A stretch of DNA of 64,000 nt from Phyllobates terribilis. Its lineage: Eukaryota. Positions 36,901 to 49,570 of the stretch are shown here, one piece after another. The stretch's first letter is position 1; the number at the start of each line of letters is the position of its first letter. The stretch lies in assembly GCF_046119375.1 (NCBI RefSeq), contig NW_027362762.1:471758001-471822000 (forward strand), given 5' to 3'. Position numbers and translations under genes: made by a program. The notes under the pieces were generated by a model. The model was not told the DNA's origin. It worked only from the letters and a program-made list of their open reading frames with translations, and made no database searches.

Positions 36901-39580
36901 CCGACCATGCCTGGCTGTAGGTTCAGCGGTGTGAGCCACAGATCTGCCTGCTCTTTTGGAGCGGTCTACAACTCTTCAGCATTGTGAGGTTTGTCACCTA
37001 TGCATATTAGCTTCAACACAGCCTGTTGCCGGTTGGCCAAGGTAGTGCTACAGTGCTTCCAGCTTGTGACTTGTGTTCATTTCATAGATGGAGACTGAAG
37101 AGGAGGAGGAGGCTGAGGAGGATGAGGTGCAGGAGCTGTAGACTGTGGGGGCAAACCCTGATTGACCTAGGGCCTGCGATCCTTGGCATCGGGAGGACGT
37201 GTTTCGTCCCAAGGTCCGACTGGGTCCTGGCTTCCACTATGTTAACCCAGTGTGTCATCAGTGAGATGTACCATCCCTGCCCACAGGCACTTGTCCACGT
37301 GTCCGTGGTTAGGTGGACTTTCCCGGTAACTGCATTGTTGAGGGCACGGCTAATGTTTTGGAACACGTGCTTGTGTAATGCGGCCATGGCACACCGGGAG
37401 AAATAGTGGCGGCAGGGGACCGAGTACCGAGGAACGGCCGCCGCCATCAGGTTGTGGAATGTTTCGGTCTCCACGAGCCTAAAAAGCAACCTTTCTAGCG
37501 CAAGCAGTCGCGAAATGTGGGAATTTAGTAATGTGGCCTGTGGGGCGTTGGCTTCGTATTTGTGCTTGAGTTCCAAGGACTGGGGTATGGACGTGGACAT
37601 GCTTCCTGATGCTGCTACTTGAGTGTGCAATGACAGGTGCAGGGCAGGAGGCATCTTTGCATGCATTATGGACAGGTGATTGGCTTTCATGCACAACAGC
37701 GGAAGAACCAGTGGTGCCACCCGCAGACACTGTTCCTGGACCCTGGGGCTCAGCCCATAAAGTTGGGTGCTTTGCTGCCATGTGACTGATCATGCTGGTG
37801 ATGGTCCTGCTGCTTGTTTTGCCACTCCTGCTGATGCAGGTGGTGCAAATGGCGTTTTTGGCGTTATTGGCAGTGTGTTTAAAAAGAAAACTCGGGAAGA
37901 CCTAACAGGTGTACTGGCAACTTCCTTCATGTTAGTGTTACGGGGAGTGGTTGCCTGCCTTCTTTCTGTGGCCACCACACTGTTTCTTCCTGCCTGTTGG
38001 GGTGCTTTGCCTTCCTCCCCCTGTGTGCTGCTCTCCTCGCTCTGCACGTCTTTCTGCCAGGTTGGGTCAGTTACTATATCATCCACCACCTCTTCTTCCA
38101 CTTCCGCACTCTGGTCCTCCTCCTGACTCTCTGGCAATTGTGTCTCATCATCGCCCACCTCTTGTGACACTTTCCCGCTGTCGCCTTCGTGTGACCGTGG
38201 CTGCTCAAGTATTTGGGCATCACCACATGCGATCTCCTCTTGCCCCGCTTCAAGTGGACCAGGCGAGGGGCCCAAATCTATGAATGGAAAAGTAAACAGC
38301 TCTTCAGAGTATCCAATTGTGGCATCAGTTGTCTCCAGGTACTCGGCATGGTGGGAGGAAGGAGGTTCATGGTGAGGAATATGTAGTCCAGACTCACAGC
38401 TACTGAGAGTTGTCCGTGTAGAAGATGGGGTGGAGGCTAAGTGACTGGAAGCATTATCTGCTATCCAACCAAGAACCTTTTCACACTGCTCTGTGTTCAA
38501 TAGTGGTGTACTGTGGTCCCTTATTAATTGGGACAGGAAGATCGAGCGACAAGATGTGGGTGTTTGTTGTGGCACAATTTCACCTTGCCCACGGCCTCGG
38601 CGTGCACCATCATGTCCAGTTCCTTGTCTCTTGCCACGTGCCTTGCCCATTTTAAATGGAGGACAATGTCTTCCACGCTCACTACAAATGACTGAATTTG
38701 GTGCAAACTTATATGTGATCCATGTGACGGAAAAACCACAGTTTTAAATACCTGGCCTGTAGGTAACTATTTTGAACAGCAAAGTGGTGTCAATTGCTTC
38801 ACTGACACACAAGCAAATTTTTAATGGATGCCAGAAATGACTATTTTCAGCGCAATTATATGTGATCCGTGTAAGGGACAAACCAGTTTTAAATATCTGG
38901 ATATTTAGCGCTGTAATATGGAAAGGACTTGGCTATATTCTGCAGTGCCAACAAGCAAATGGCGCATAACTAAGGTGTTCTCTGGATTGCTTTTTAAGCA
39001 AATAATGAGGATTAAGATCCAAAAACAATTATTCCTGGCCCCTGAGACCTGGGCCTATTTCTCGAAATATCTAACAGCAGCAGCAGACAAAACTGGAATG
39101 GAGCCTCTTGTGCTATGTGCACTGCAGTCTGCTATATACCCTGTCTGCCTGATCTCTCTGCAGATGGATTTGTCCTCAGAAGAACTGTTTGTTGAGATGG
39201 ATATGTGTCTCTAATATAGTTTGGTACACCTACACTAACTAGAAAAAAGAAAATCTCTCCCTAGCTAAGCAGCACCTCTCCCTACACTGTCTGATTCCGG
39301 AGTGACTGATGAGCATGGCGGTGCCAGGTCTGATATAGACCTGATGACCCTGTGCGACCAGCTTATCACTAATGCCACAACCAACATGGCTACAGCATTA
39401 AAGTGAGTGGCAGGCAATCCCTGCATGTTCATTGGCTCTGTAAAGAGTGCCAAACATGCAGGGAGGAGACCAGAGCTGCGGCCGAGCAACCCCGGAAATA
39501 CTCGGCGAGCGCCGAGCATCTGGAGCGGTGAGATGCTCGGGCAACCACCGAGCAGTAGAGAGTACGCTCGCTCCTCACTG
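33914..39580 (-). mobile_element. hAT copy F: inverted sister of E, with pseudogenised transposase at ~35990-38650 and the same cargo
   Basis: TIR GCTCGCTCCTCACTG ends at 39580. ORFs 37790-38650 (MGKARGK...), 37082-37720 (LTTDTWTS) and 36004-36462 (ERVFSAAGGIITDKRIRLSTENADRLTLIKMN). 33914-35900 mirrors ~25200-26935. Confidence 0.92.
34160..34290 (+). mobile_element. 5' half of a tRNA-derived SINE inside the cargo of F; a shorter mirror copy lies at ~26600-26670 in E
   Basis: GGCAGCACATTGGATCAGTGGTTAACA (A-box-like)...GGGTTCAAATTCC (B-box-like)...TTTGTATGTTCTCCCCGTGTTTGCGTGGGTTTCC. Same family as 57409-57630. Confidence 0.85.
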
Positions 39581-39807
39581 GCCCTCAAATTCTTTTAAAA
39601 TTGCAAAATATTGGAACTCCTAGACTCATGAAGCCTACGCACTAACGACTGCCAAAAATTAGAAAGAAGGACTGCAATACATCCTGGAACTGAAAGACAC
39701 GTAGAGGAGGGCCTCAAATTATTTTTCACATTTTTAAAGAGTGGGATTCTTAGTTTGGTAAAGTCTATGCACTGAGTGAAAGGACTGAAAAACATTTACC
39801 CCTGGGG

Positions 39808-39910
39808 GTATATGGGTATACATATATACATACATACATATACATATATATATATATATACATACATACATACATATATACACACACACACACACATATA
39901 CATATACACA
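39808..39910. repeat. (TA)n/(CATA)n/(CA)n microsatellite adjoining the Tc1 insertion site
   Basis: Read directly from the sequence. Confidence 0.95.
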
Positions 39911-41504
39911 CAGTACAGACCAAAAGTTTGGACACACCTCATTTAAAGATTTTTCTGTATTTTCATGACTATGAATATTGTACATTCACACTGAAGGCAT
40001 CAAAACTATGAATTAACACATGTGGAATTATATACTTAACAAAAAAAGTGTGAAACAACTGAAAATATGTCTTATATTCTAGGTTCTTCAAAGTAGCCAC
40101 CTTTTGCTTTGATGACTGCTTTGCACACTCTTGGCATTCTCTTGATGAGCTTCAAGAGGTAGTCACCGGAAATGGTCTTCCAACAATCTTGAAGGAGTTC
40201 CCAGAGATGCTTAGCACTTGTTGGCCCTTTTGCCTTCACTCTGCGGTCCAGCTCACCCCAAACCATCTCGATTGGGTTCAGGTCTGGTGACTGTGGAGGT
40301 CAGGTCATCTGGCGTAGCACCCCATTTCTCTCCTTCTTGGTCAAACAGCCCTTACACAGCCTGGAGTCATTTTTCTGTTGAAAAATAAATGATGGTCCAA
40401 CTAAACACAAACCGGATGGAATAGCATGCCGCTGCAAGATGCTGTGGTAGCCATGCTGGTTCAGTATGCCTTCAATTTTGAATAAATCCCCAACAGTGTC
40501 ACCAGAAAAGCACCATCACACCTCCTCCTCCATGCTTCACGGTGGGAACCAGGCATGTAGAGTCCATCCGTTCACCTTTTCTGCGTCGCAGAAAGACATG
40601 GTGGTTGGAACCAAAGATCTCAAATTTGGACTCATCAGACCAAAGCACAGATTTCCACTGGTCTAATGTTCACTCATTGTGTTATTTAGCCCAAACAAGT
40701 CTCTTCTGCTTGTTGCCTGTCCTTAGCAGTGGTTTCCTAGCAGCTATTTTACCATGAAGGCCTGCTGCACAAAGTCTCCTCTTAACAGTTGTTGTAGAGA
40801 TGTGTCTGCTGCTAGAACACTGTGTGGCATTGACCTGGTCTCTAATCTGAGCTGCTGTTAACCTGCTATATCTGAGGCTGGTGACTCGGATAAACTTATC
40901 CTCAGAAGCAGAGTTGACTCTTGGTCTTCCTTTCCTGGGGCGGTCCTCATGTGAGCCAGTTTCTTTGTAGCGCTTGATGGTTTTTGCAACTGCACTTGGG
41001 GACACTTTCAAAGTTTGCCTAATTTTTCGGACTGACTGACCTTCATTTCTTAAAGTAATGATGGCCACTCGTTTTTCTTTACTTAGAATTTGTATTATGG
41101 CAAGAAAAAAGCAGCTAACAGTCTATTCAGTAGGACTACCAGTTGTGTATCCACCTGACTTCTCCACAACACAACTGATGGTCCCAACCCCATTTATAAG
41201 GCAAGAAATCCCACTTATTAAACCTGACAGGGCACACCTGTGAAGTGTGACTACCTCTTGAAGCTCATCAAGAGAATGCCAAGAGTGTGCAAAGCAGTCG
41301 TCAAAGCAAAAGGTGGCTACTTTGAAGAACCTAGAATATAAGACATATTTTCAGTTGTTTCACACTTTTTTGTTAAGTATATAATTCCACATGTGTTAAT
41401 TCATAGTTTTGATGCCTTCAGTATGAATGTACAATTTTCATAGTCATGAAAATACAGAAAAATCTTTAAATGAGAAGGTGTGTCCTAACTTTTGGTCTGT
41501 ACTG
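39911..41504 (-). mobile_element. Second Tc1-like transposon with long (~257-bp) TIRs; transposase disrupted
   Basis: CAGTACAGACCAAAAGTTTGGACAC at 39911 and the mirrored end ...TTTTGGTCTGTACTG at 41504, followed by TA. ORF 40682-41068 (HTH, RPRKGRPR) and ORF 40072-40266 (VWGELDRRV...AKGGYFEE). Confidence 0.95.
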
Positions 41505-44500
41505 TATATGAAAGAGAATTGTAGTTATAGGCGGCAGGATGACCATGTAAAAATTTTGAGCAAGGGCCATATGATGACTCTGTTTATATGGTGGAGGAGG
41601 AGGAGAACAAGAAGAAGAATTAGAAACCATGAACTGCATAGCATTTTTTGAGTGGGAAGGGGTGCTTGAGAATACACCAGAAAAAAAAGGAACATTTGAA
41701 TTGACTTTATGTTCCACTGCAGTCATCCGGTAGAGTTGAGAAGTCTGGGCCAATCTAGCCCTTGCTCATTTTGATAAGTCAGCCTGTCTGCATTTTCAGT
41801 TGACAGACGGATGCGCCTATCAGTTATTATGCCAACGACGGCACTAAAAACCCACTGTGACGAACAGCACCTCCAAGGCGTAGAGGGATGATTCATGCCA
41901 CATGTCCAGTTTGGATAACCAATAGCTGTATTGCACAGAGGAATCAAGGAGGACCCTGGTACGGTTGGCTAAGTACTCCTTCATCATCTTCCAAAACTTT
42001 TATCCCCTTATCAGACTACCCCGTGCATCATGGTCTGAATGTTGGGATGGTCTAATGAAACTGTTCCAGACCTTTACTAGTGTCTCCCTCATCTCTCCTC
42101 CTTGATTGCCCAAGGATCTATAACTTCTGCGTCAGATGGGAATTTTTGTACTAATTGTTCGAATAGGGCCTTTTGGTATTGCAACATTTTACTAGCCCTC
42201 TCCACCGCAAGAAGGAGAGATGGGAAGTTCTCCTTGTAGAATGGGTCAAGAAGGGTAAACAACCAGTTATCAGTAGTGGCCAAAATATGCAAGGGTTACT
42301 GGAAAGGCAGCGGAACATTAAGTCAGCCATGTAGGCCAGACTCCTGTCAAGACTTCCCTGTAACCTCCAGGAGGACAACTCTCCATCTCCTCCTCCTCTT
42401 CAGCCCATCCACGCTGAACAGATAGGAAGAAGCTGGTGTGGGTATTACTCTTAGTAGCGCAGGAAACCATCACCTGTTCCTCCTCCTCCAAACCGCACAA
42501 AGAAGATGAGATGAGGCTGGGCAGTATCACCCTTTATACTTTCTTCGTCCATCTCCACCTGGTCCACATGCAAAGCTTCCTCTTTAATTGGGAGTAGCAA
42601 GTGTTTGAGTAGACACAAAAGCGGGATGGTTACGCTGATTATGGCATCACTGCTCACCATCTTGGTTGATTCCTCAAAGTTTTGTATAACCTCATAGATG
42701 TCAGACATCCATGCCCACTCATCATTTGTTATGTGCATAGGCTGACCGGATTACTGACAGGCATGTCATAGCTGGTATTCAACTACTGCCCTCTGCTGCT
42801 CACAAAGCATTGCCAACATATGTAATGTGGAGTTCCAGTTCGTGGTCACGTCGCACACCAGTTTGTGAACTGGAACTTGCAAGCACTGCTGCAGCACTGC
42901 CACACCAGCAGCAGCTGTAGCTGATTTGCAGAAATGGGTGTACACACTGCGTACCTTCACAAGTAGCTCAGACAAATCTGGGTAGGTTTTCAGAAATCGC
43001 TGAAATACTAAGTTAAGCACGTGGGCCAGACATGGTTGCCAAGCTTCAGAGCCATCACCAGGTTATGGCCTTTATCACACATGACCATTCCTGGCTGTAG
43101 GTTCAGCAGATAGAGCCACAGATCTGTCTGGTCTGTTATACTTTTTCACAAGTCTGCGGCAGCATGCTATTTGTCACCTAAACAAATTTTTTTCAGCACA
43201 GCCTGTTGCCTTTTCACCGAGGCAGTGTTGCAGTGCTCCCAGCTTTCGACAGATATGGGCAAAGTGCTCCAAGATTATAATTTGGAGATGGAGGATAAGG
43301 AGGAGGAGGAGGAGGAGGTGCATGAACTGATGCATGAAACCTTGATGGAACTAGGGCTAAAAATTTTCGGTGTTCGTAGCACATGTGCCATCCCAGGGTC
43401 TGACTCAGTCCCGGCCTCCACAAGGTTTACTCAGTGTGCCATCAGGGAAATGTAGCGTCCCTGGCCACAACCACTTGTCCACGTGTTGGTGGTTAAGTTG
43501 ACCTTCCCAGTAACTGCGTTGGTCAGAGCATGGATGAGGTTATGGGACACATGCTTGTGTAAGGAGAGGATGGCACACCAGGAGAAATAGTAGCAGCTGG
43601 AGACCAAGTACTGGAGGATGGCTGCCACCAGGAGGTTGTGAAAAGCTTTAGTGTCCACAAGCCTAAATGGCAACATTTCCAGGGCAAGCAGTCTTGAAAT
43701 GTGGACGTTGGGTGCTTGGGCCAGTGGGTGAGTGGCTTAGTATTTTTGTTTGCTTTCCAAGCCCTGGGGTAGGGACAGCTGAATGCTGCACTGGGACAAA
43801 GAATTGGATGTGGTTGCTGATGGTGCTTGCAAATGTGCAATGATAGGTGCAGAGTGGGAGGCATTCGCGCCTGCATCCTGGACAGGGGATTGGCAAGCAG
43901 GTAGCACAGGGGAAGAGGCAGTGATGTCACCCACAGACCCTGATTGTGGACCCAGGCATTCATCCCACCTAGTCGGGTGCTTTGACGACATGTGCCTGAG
44001 CATGCTGGTGATTGCCAGGCTGGTAGTGGCCAGACTCCTGCTGATCTTGGTATGGCACAGGTCGCAAATGACCGTTCTGGGGAACACCTAACCCTTGGCC
44101 TGGTAACTTACCAGATATGTATTCTGGGTAACAGTTGCCCACATTTTTCCTCTGGCCACCTCACTGACTCATCCTATCTGTTGCAGTGCTAAGGATCCCT
44201 CCCCCTCTTCACTCAGCATGGCATTTTCCCTGGTTGGCTCGGTGACTTCATCGTCCACCACTTCATCTCCTGTCTTCCGCACTCTGGTCCTCCTTACTTG
44301 TTGACTTAATAACATCACTTGTTGACAACTGTTTCTCATCATCTACCTCTTGAAACACTAATTACCGTTCTCCACCATTGTTTTCTTCTGACCATGGCTG
44401 CTCAAATATTTGGGCATCATTACATATGATCTCCTCATGTCCCTCTTGAAACATGCAGGGTGAGAGGCCAGAATCAATAAATGGACATGTAAAGTGCTCC

Positions 44501-44917
44501 TCAGAGTGTCCGAGTATGGGATCACTTGTCTCCTTGGAATCGCCATGGTGGGAGGAAGACGGATCAGGGTAAGGATTATGTGGTATAGACTCTTGGCTAG
44601 TGAGACTATACAGTGTGGAACACTGAGTGGTATTGAGAAACATTCTGAATGCGTTATCTGCCATTCAAGCGATCACCTGTTCGCACTGTTCTGGCTTCAA
44701 AAATAGTGTACGGCACCCCATTGCAAAGTGGGGCAGAAACTTGGGTTTCGTGGATGAGCATGTTTGTTATGTTCCCATAGCAGGCACAGTTTCACCTGGC
44801 CCATGGCCTCGGCCTCTGTGTGCATGTCCACTTCACCGTCCCTTACCGCATGCCTTGATCATTTTAAATTAGGTACATATGCCTGCAAACTTTCCGGTAT
44901 TAATAGGGAAAAAATAT

Positions 44918-46070
44918 ATGTAGCTCAGAAAAGGACTTTTCTTTTAATGATGAAGCAGCAGTATACAAGTACTGCAATAGTAATATTAAACCCTGCCTAT
45001 ATGCCTCTAATCCAAAATTATCCCTCCTCCACCACACTGAATGAAGGAAACAGCAGTTTTACTAGAGAAACAGCGTGTAGTCCTAAAAATGACTTTTCTT
45101 TTAATGGTGCAGCTGCAGTATACAAGGACTGCAATAGCAATATTAAACCCTGCCTCTAATCAAAAATTATCCTTCCTCCACCAGATATCCCTACACTGAA
45201 TGCAGATAACAGTTTTACTAGAGAAAGTGTGATATGCAGAAGTAGTACGGTTGATTCAAAAGCATCCAGCAACTATTAGAAGTAACACAAGCACAGGAGA
45301 CAGGAAGTGTTGTGCTCCAGAAGCATCCAGTAACTAGAGGGGTTAACACAATCACAGGAGACAGAAAATGTTTTAACAGAGCCCCAGGGGGATTGTGAGG
45401 AAGTTGTTTTACTGTCTGGCTAGATCCTTAGAGAAAGGTGGTGTATGATCTGCATCTCACAGAAAGCAAGGGAAAAGAATTCAGGAAAGGAGGGAAGCTA
45501 AACACGTCAGATAGACTCCCTGAGATAACAGTGTGGAGTATTATCGGACAGAAAGATAAGGACTGAAAGGAATCCAGTCATAGGGATCATCTCCCTCATC
45601 AAACCCTTCCCCCCTCCATCTCCATGCAGGATAAAGAATGCTGTGTACTATTGAGTCCGTGAAGGAATAGCCTGTGGTTGTGTATGCGTTAAAACTGTGC
45701 ACTACTGTACTGCGAAGGAGATTGTACTTTTGTTACTGGAGCCTGTTCCTCCAAGAGACAAAAATTGCACTGTCCGTGCCTCCTTAAATGTTACTGTTCT
45801 ACCATTTATGAAGACTTGTCAGATGTGTCTGGTCAGCAATTGAATTTATTGTGTGCCTGAGAGAAGCGGCAGCCTATGCACCCAGAGTAACGGTTCCCCC
45901 AGGATTCCAAATAATTCATGAAACCCGTCTCGCCCTATCTGAACCTAGCAGCGTGCGTGTAACAAAAGGATAGTATGTCACCCTGAAAAGGACTTTTCCT
46001 TTAATTGCACAAGAGCTGTATACAAATACTGCAATAGCAATATTAAACTCTGAATGTATGCCTGCTCTAA
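44918..46070. repeat. ~160-bp 5' subterminal tandem repeat of copy H (3 units; the third is displaced by the LTR)
   Basis: GACTTTTC(T/C)TTTAAT...GTATACAA..ACTGCAATAG.AATATTAAAC recurs at ~44933, ~45090 and ~45990. Confidence 0.8.
45228..45964. mobile_element. Solo LTR (737 bp) with 4-bp TSD
   Basis: Termini TGTGATA...GTGTAACA, with AAAG on both sides (45224-45227 and 45965-45968). It splits a subterminal repeat unit. Confidence 0.8.
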
Positions 46071-49000
46071 AATACGTTCTTCCCTTCTATAACAACTCTC
46101 CTTGAACTGTTTCCAGAGGAGAGTGTCGAGCATCGTGTCACCTGGTCTTTAATAAACTTATGAATGTAGCATTATAGAAAAAGCTGCTCTAGCACCTCAA
46201 ATGTAATAAAATGACTTTATTCATATTGATTAAAACATACAGTACATACAATGGTCCATGTTTATTTTACTCATTTTAAGCATACATGGCTCTTAATCAT
46301 AGAATGATATTGCGCTGCATATTTTACAGAGCTTTTTTGGAGCTTACTACAGTAAGTTAGCTCAGTAGTGGGGCCAGGCAACAGAGGTGAGGCAGCACTA
46401 CAGAGATACAAAGAAGGAAGCAGAGGAAGCTCAAATCTGGCCTGTGCTTACCCTTATGTTGTCCTGAGCAGGGGTGGAGATATCATTGGTGCAGCAGCAC
46501 AGGAGCCAAAGGCTGGGTGCACACAGTGTTTTTAAGTGGGTTTTTTTGGCATTTTTCAGTGCGGAATAGGGCCAAAAACACTGGGGAATCCTTCTGCTAG
46601 CTGATTAAATGAAAATCCTGAAGTGCTGTGCACATGATCAGGAATTTTACTGTCAGCATTTGCAGTGCGTTTATATCTGCATTATGTCAATTGTTAGTGC
46701 AGTTTTACCGAATTTTCCACCCATTGACTTCAATTGAGTCAGTCAAATCTGCAGCAAAAACGCACTTATAAAAAGGTTTGGGAATTTGGTACAGATGGTT
46801 GCTGCATATTTGACTGACTATTTTAGTCAATGGGTCAAAAACTAGGCAAAAGCGCACAAAGAATTGACCTCGTGTCACAGGTGTAGGCTGTTGAGACTAC
46901 TCCTCACATCAGCCTACGACTGCTATCACTGACAACAGCAAGACTAGGCGCTGCTCATAAGAGATGTCATCAGCTGGTTCCTGTGCGCACAGTGAAAAAA
47001 AAAAAAAGTTAAAATAAATATTAAAATAAAAAACATATCTATCTACACCAAATCCCCGATGCCTTTGTCCCCTGTAAAAAAAAACAAAAAAAACACTAGT
47101 GTTGAGTGAGCACTAAAATGCTGGGGTGCTCGAAGCTCGGGCCGAGCTCACAGTGATACTCGGGTGATCGACCCGACCAACAAACCCAATGTTAGTCTAT
47201 GGGAGACCCGAGCATTTTTGTAGCGGCACCCCCGGCAGTCTGTAGAAAGCCTAAAAAGTGCCCAAAACGATAGTGACAGTGCTCAAAAGACATGGGGACA
47301 GCATGGGGATCATCCCAGGAAGCATTTCTGACCCCCAGGTCACTGCTGTCAAAATCGTGGTTAGAGGTATTAAGCCACTTTTACGGGCTCACAATAAAAC
47401 GTTCAAAAACGAAACTGAAACGGTTTTCCTGTGAAATATGTTAAGGAACATCCTTTCCAGGGTAAAGACTTGTGTATAAGGTAAAATAAATAACCAAAAA
47501 CAAATACTCCTCCACTCCTTGGGCTATGTTCACAAGTAGCATTTGTTATGCACTTTTGCACTTTTGTATAGCTTTCAACCGTGACAAATGCATTCACCAG
47601 GAAATGTCATTTTAACATTTTACAACCTTATCTGGCCATGTGCTGTGTAACACATGCATACAGTGCTGAAAAGACATGGGAACAGCATGGGGAAGACCCC
47701 TGGAAGCATCTCTGACACCCAGGTCACTGCCTAAAAGTGTGCCAATCAGAAATGATCCTGCCGCATCAGAAGATGCAGACTTGCAACTATCCCCGTGCAA
47801 GTCCTTGTCCCAGGGCAGTGTTCAATTGTACCTCCCCCATTCCTTGCAATGCAAGCGCAAGTATGTAGCCTGCCACCCACCCACCCCCAGGCTGCAATAC
47901 CATACTGCTTGCTTGCACTTGAAATTGGGCCTTTTAGGCATGTGGAGGCAGAATCTGGCCACCACGTCATGGCGGCGTCGGCGGCCTGGTATCCATACTC
48001 AGTCCCCAGCTGCCCGGCGGCCGGGTGTCCATGCTCGGTCCCCAGCCGCCCTTATTTGTCCCGGTAACCTTCCCCACACTTTCCTTAGCCTGGCCTGCTT
48101 TAGGGCAGCAATGGCCGAGCCCACCAGACAACCAGACTCCTCTGGTGGGCCCTGGCTTCTCCATCAGGGGAGAGGAGAGTGCCAAGGTGAGGAGCATGAT
48201 GATGATGATAGAAGTTAGCATCTGTTTTGTTTTATTGGAATGCAAGCGTAAGTGTGCAGCCTGCCACCCACCCACCCCCAGGCTGCAATACCATAAACGG
48301 TCCCCAGCCGCCCCTATTTGTCCCGGTGCGCCTTATACACAAGTGAGCATACCAAAACATTACCTGTGCCCTTCCCAGTACATTTAGTGGGAAGGACAGC
48401 CTAACCACAAACACGTGGACAAGTGAATGTGGCCAGGGATGGTCCATCTCACTGATGCCTTCACACTGGGTTAATATTGTGGAAGCCGGGACACAGTTGG
48501 ACAGAGGATTGCGGGTCCTGGGTCAATCATGCTTCAACACAAAGTTCAGAAGGTAGACAGCAGCATTGGTTGGCCTCCTACACAACGAGTAAATTATTCA
48601 TCATCATGAGGCCATCCATCTCCTTAGCTTTCTGTTCCTTGGAATGCAAGCGCATGTATGTAGTAGCGGCTAGGCCTGAGGTGGTCAGCGCTTTGGCGCA
48701 TATCCTACCTCCTCCGAGGATTTCTGGATGTTTTCCTGCTACTTTCCCAGTTCTATGACTCCCGATAAAATAAAGCTTCAGGTGATGAATGATGGATGAG
48801 GTGGTGGCAAAGGAGAAAGAGCAGGAGAAACAGGGACCATTCACATCAATATCAGGCCAATCAACCACACATGTCTTGTAGGATATGTTTCGGTACCAAA
48901 AGGAGCGGTTCGGCTACACAGTTATAGGGCATACAGTGAGTGCAATGCCTACCAAAAATTTTGAGGCACTCCAATGCCCCTTGGAAGTGACATGGAGGTC

Positions 49001-49235
49001 AGAGGGCCTTAACTAAATAGTTTTTTCCATTTATAACAACTGTGTCTCCTGTTCACTGTTGGCCTAAGCAGTAAATGGAAGGATTTCCAAAAATTATGAG
49101 GAACTGCAATGCCCCTTGAAACAGACGTGGAGTACAGCGTACTAAAAACCTTCTACCCATTATTGGGGAGTGGGTCTCCCTTAGTGTTCGCCTATGCATT
49201 GAAAAGAAAAAGCTGACTAAAATTAGGAGGAAATG

Positions 49236-49570
49236 CAATGCCCGTTGGAAGAGTCGTGGAGGTTAGAGGTAATTAAAAACAACATTTCAATGCCCCTTGG
49301 AAGAGCTGTGGAGTTCAGAGTGATTTATCAAGACGGTTTTAATGCCTCTTGGAAGAGACGTGGTGGTCACAGTGGAATAAAAGGACAATATAAATGCCCC
49401 TTGGAAGAGTGGTGGAGGTTACAGTGGAATAAAAAGACAATATCAATGCCCCTTGGAAGAGTGGTGGAGGTCGTAGTGGAATGAAAAGACAATATCAAAG
49501 CCCCGTGGAAGAGACGTGGAGGTCACAGTAGCTGAACAAGACAATTTTAATGCCCCCTACAAGAGCCATG
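49236..49570. repeat. ~52-bp minisatellite (~7 units) in the 3' subterminal region of I
   Basis: Core AATGCCCCTTGGAAGAG at ~49237, 49289, 49342, 49394, 49445, 49496 and 49549, with outlying copies at ~48975 and ~49108. Confidence 0.9.

Larger units (their letters stand above)
39590..46150 (-). mobile_element. hAT copy H (more divergent subfamily): transposase pseudogene at ~41700-44870 with both subterminal regions; TIRs not seen
   Basis: ORFs 43523-43963 (BED finger, CDLCHTKIS...MLRHMSSKH), 43431-43676 (LTTNTWTS), 42766-43020 (VCDVTTNWNST) and 41723-41947 (TDRRIRLSTENADRL). Contains a nested Tc1 and a solo LTR. Confidence 0.88.

Noticed and set aside
21282-39586. Possible TSD (GTCCCCTC versus GGCCCTC) that would make E-spacer-F one 18-kb insertion
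   Set aside because: It needs a mismatch plus an indel, and the right flank is hAT subterminal DNA rather than the continuation of the interrupted L2.
46540-46860. MITE-like short inverted repeats (also ~55560-55780 and ~56130-56600)
   Set aside because: These are probably decayed MITEs, but their ends and TSDs could not be defined, so they are not listed as features.
49236-49570. Regularly spaced repeats resembling a CRISPR array
   Set aside because: The inter-core sequences are homologous to one another rather than unique spacers, there are no cas genes, and the context is a eukaryotic TE.
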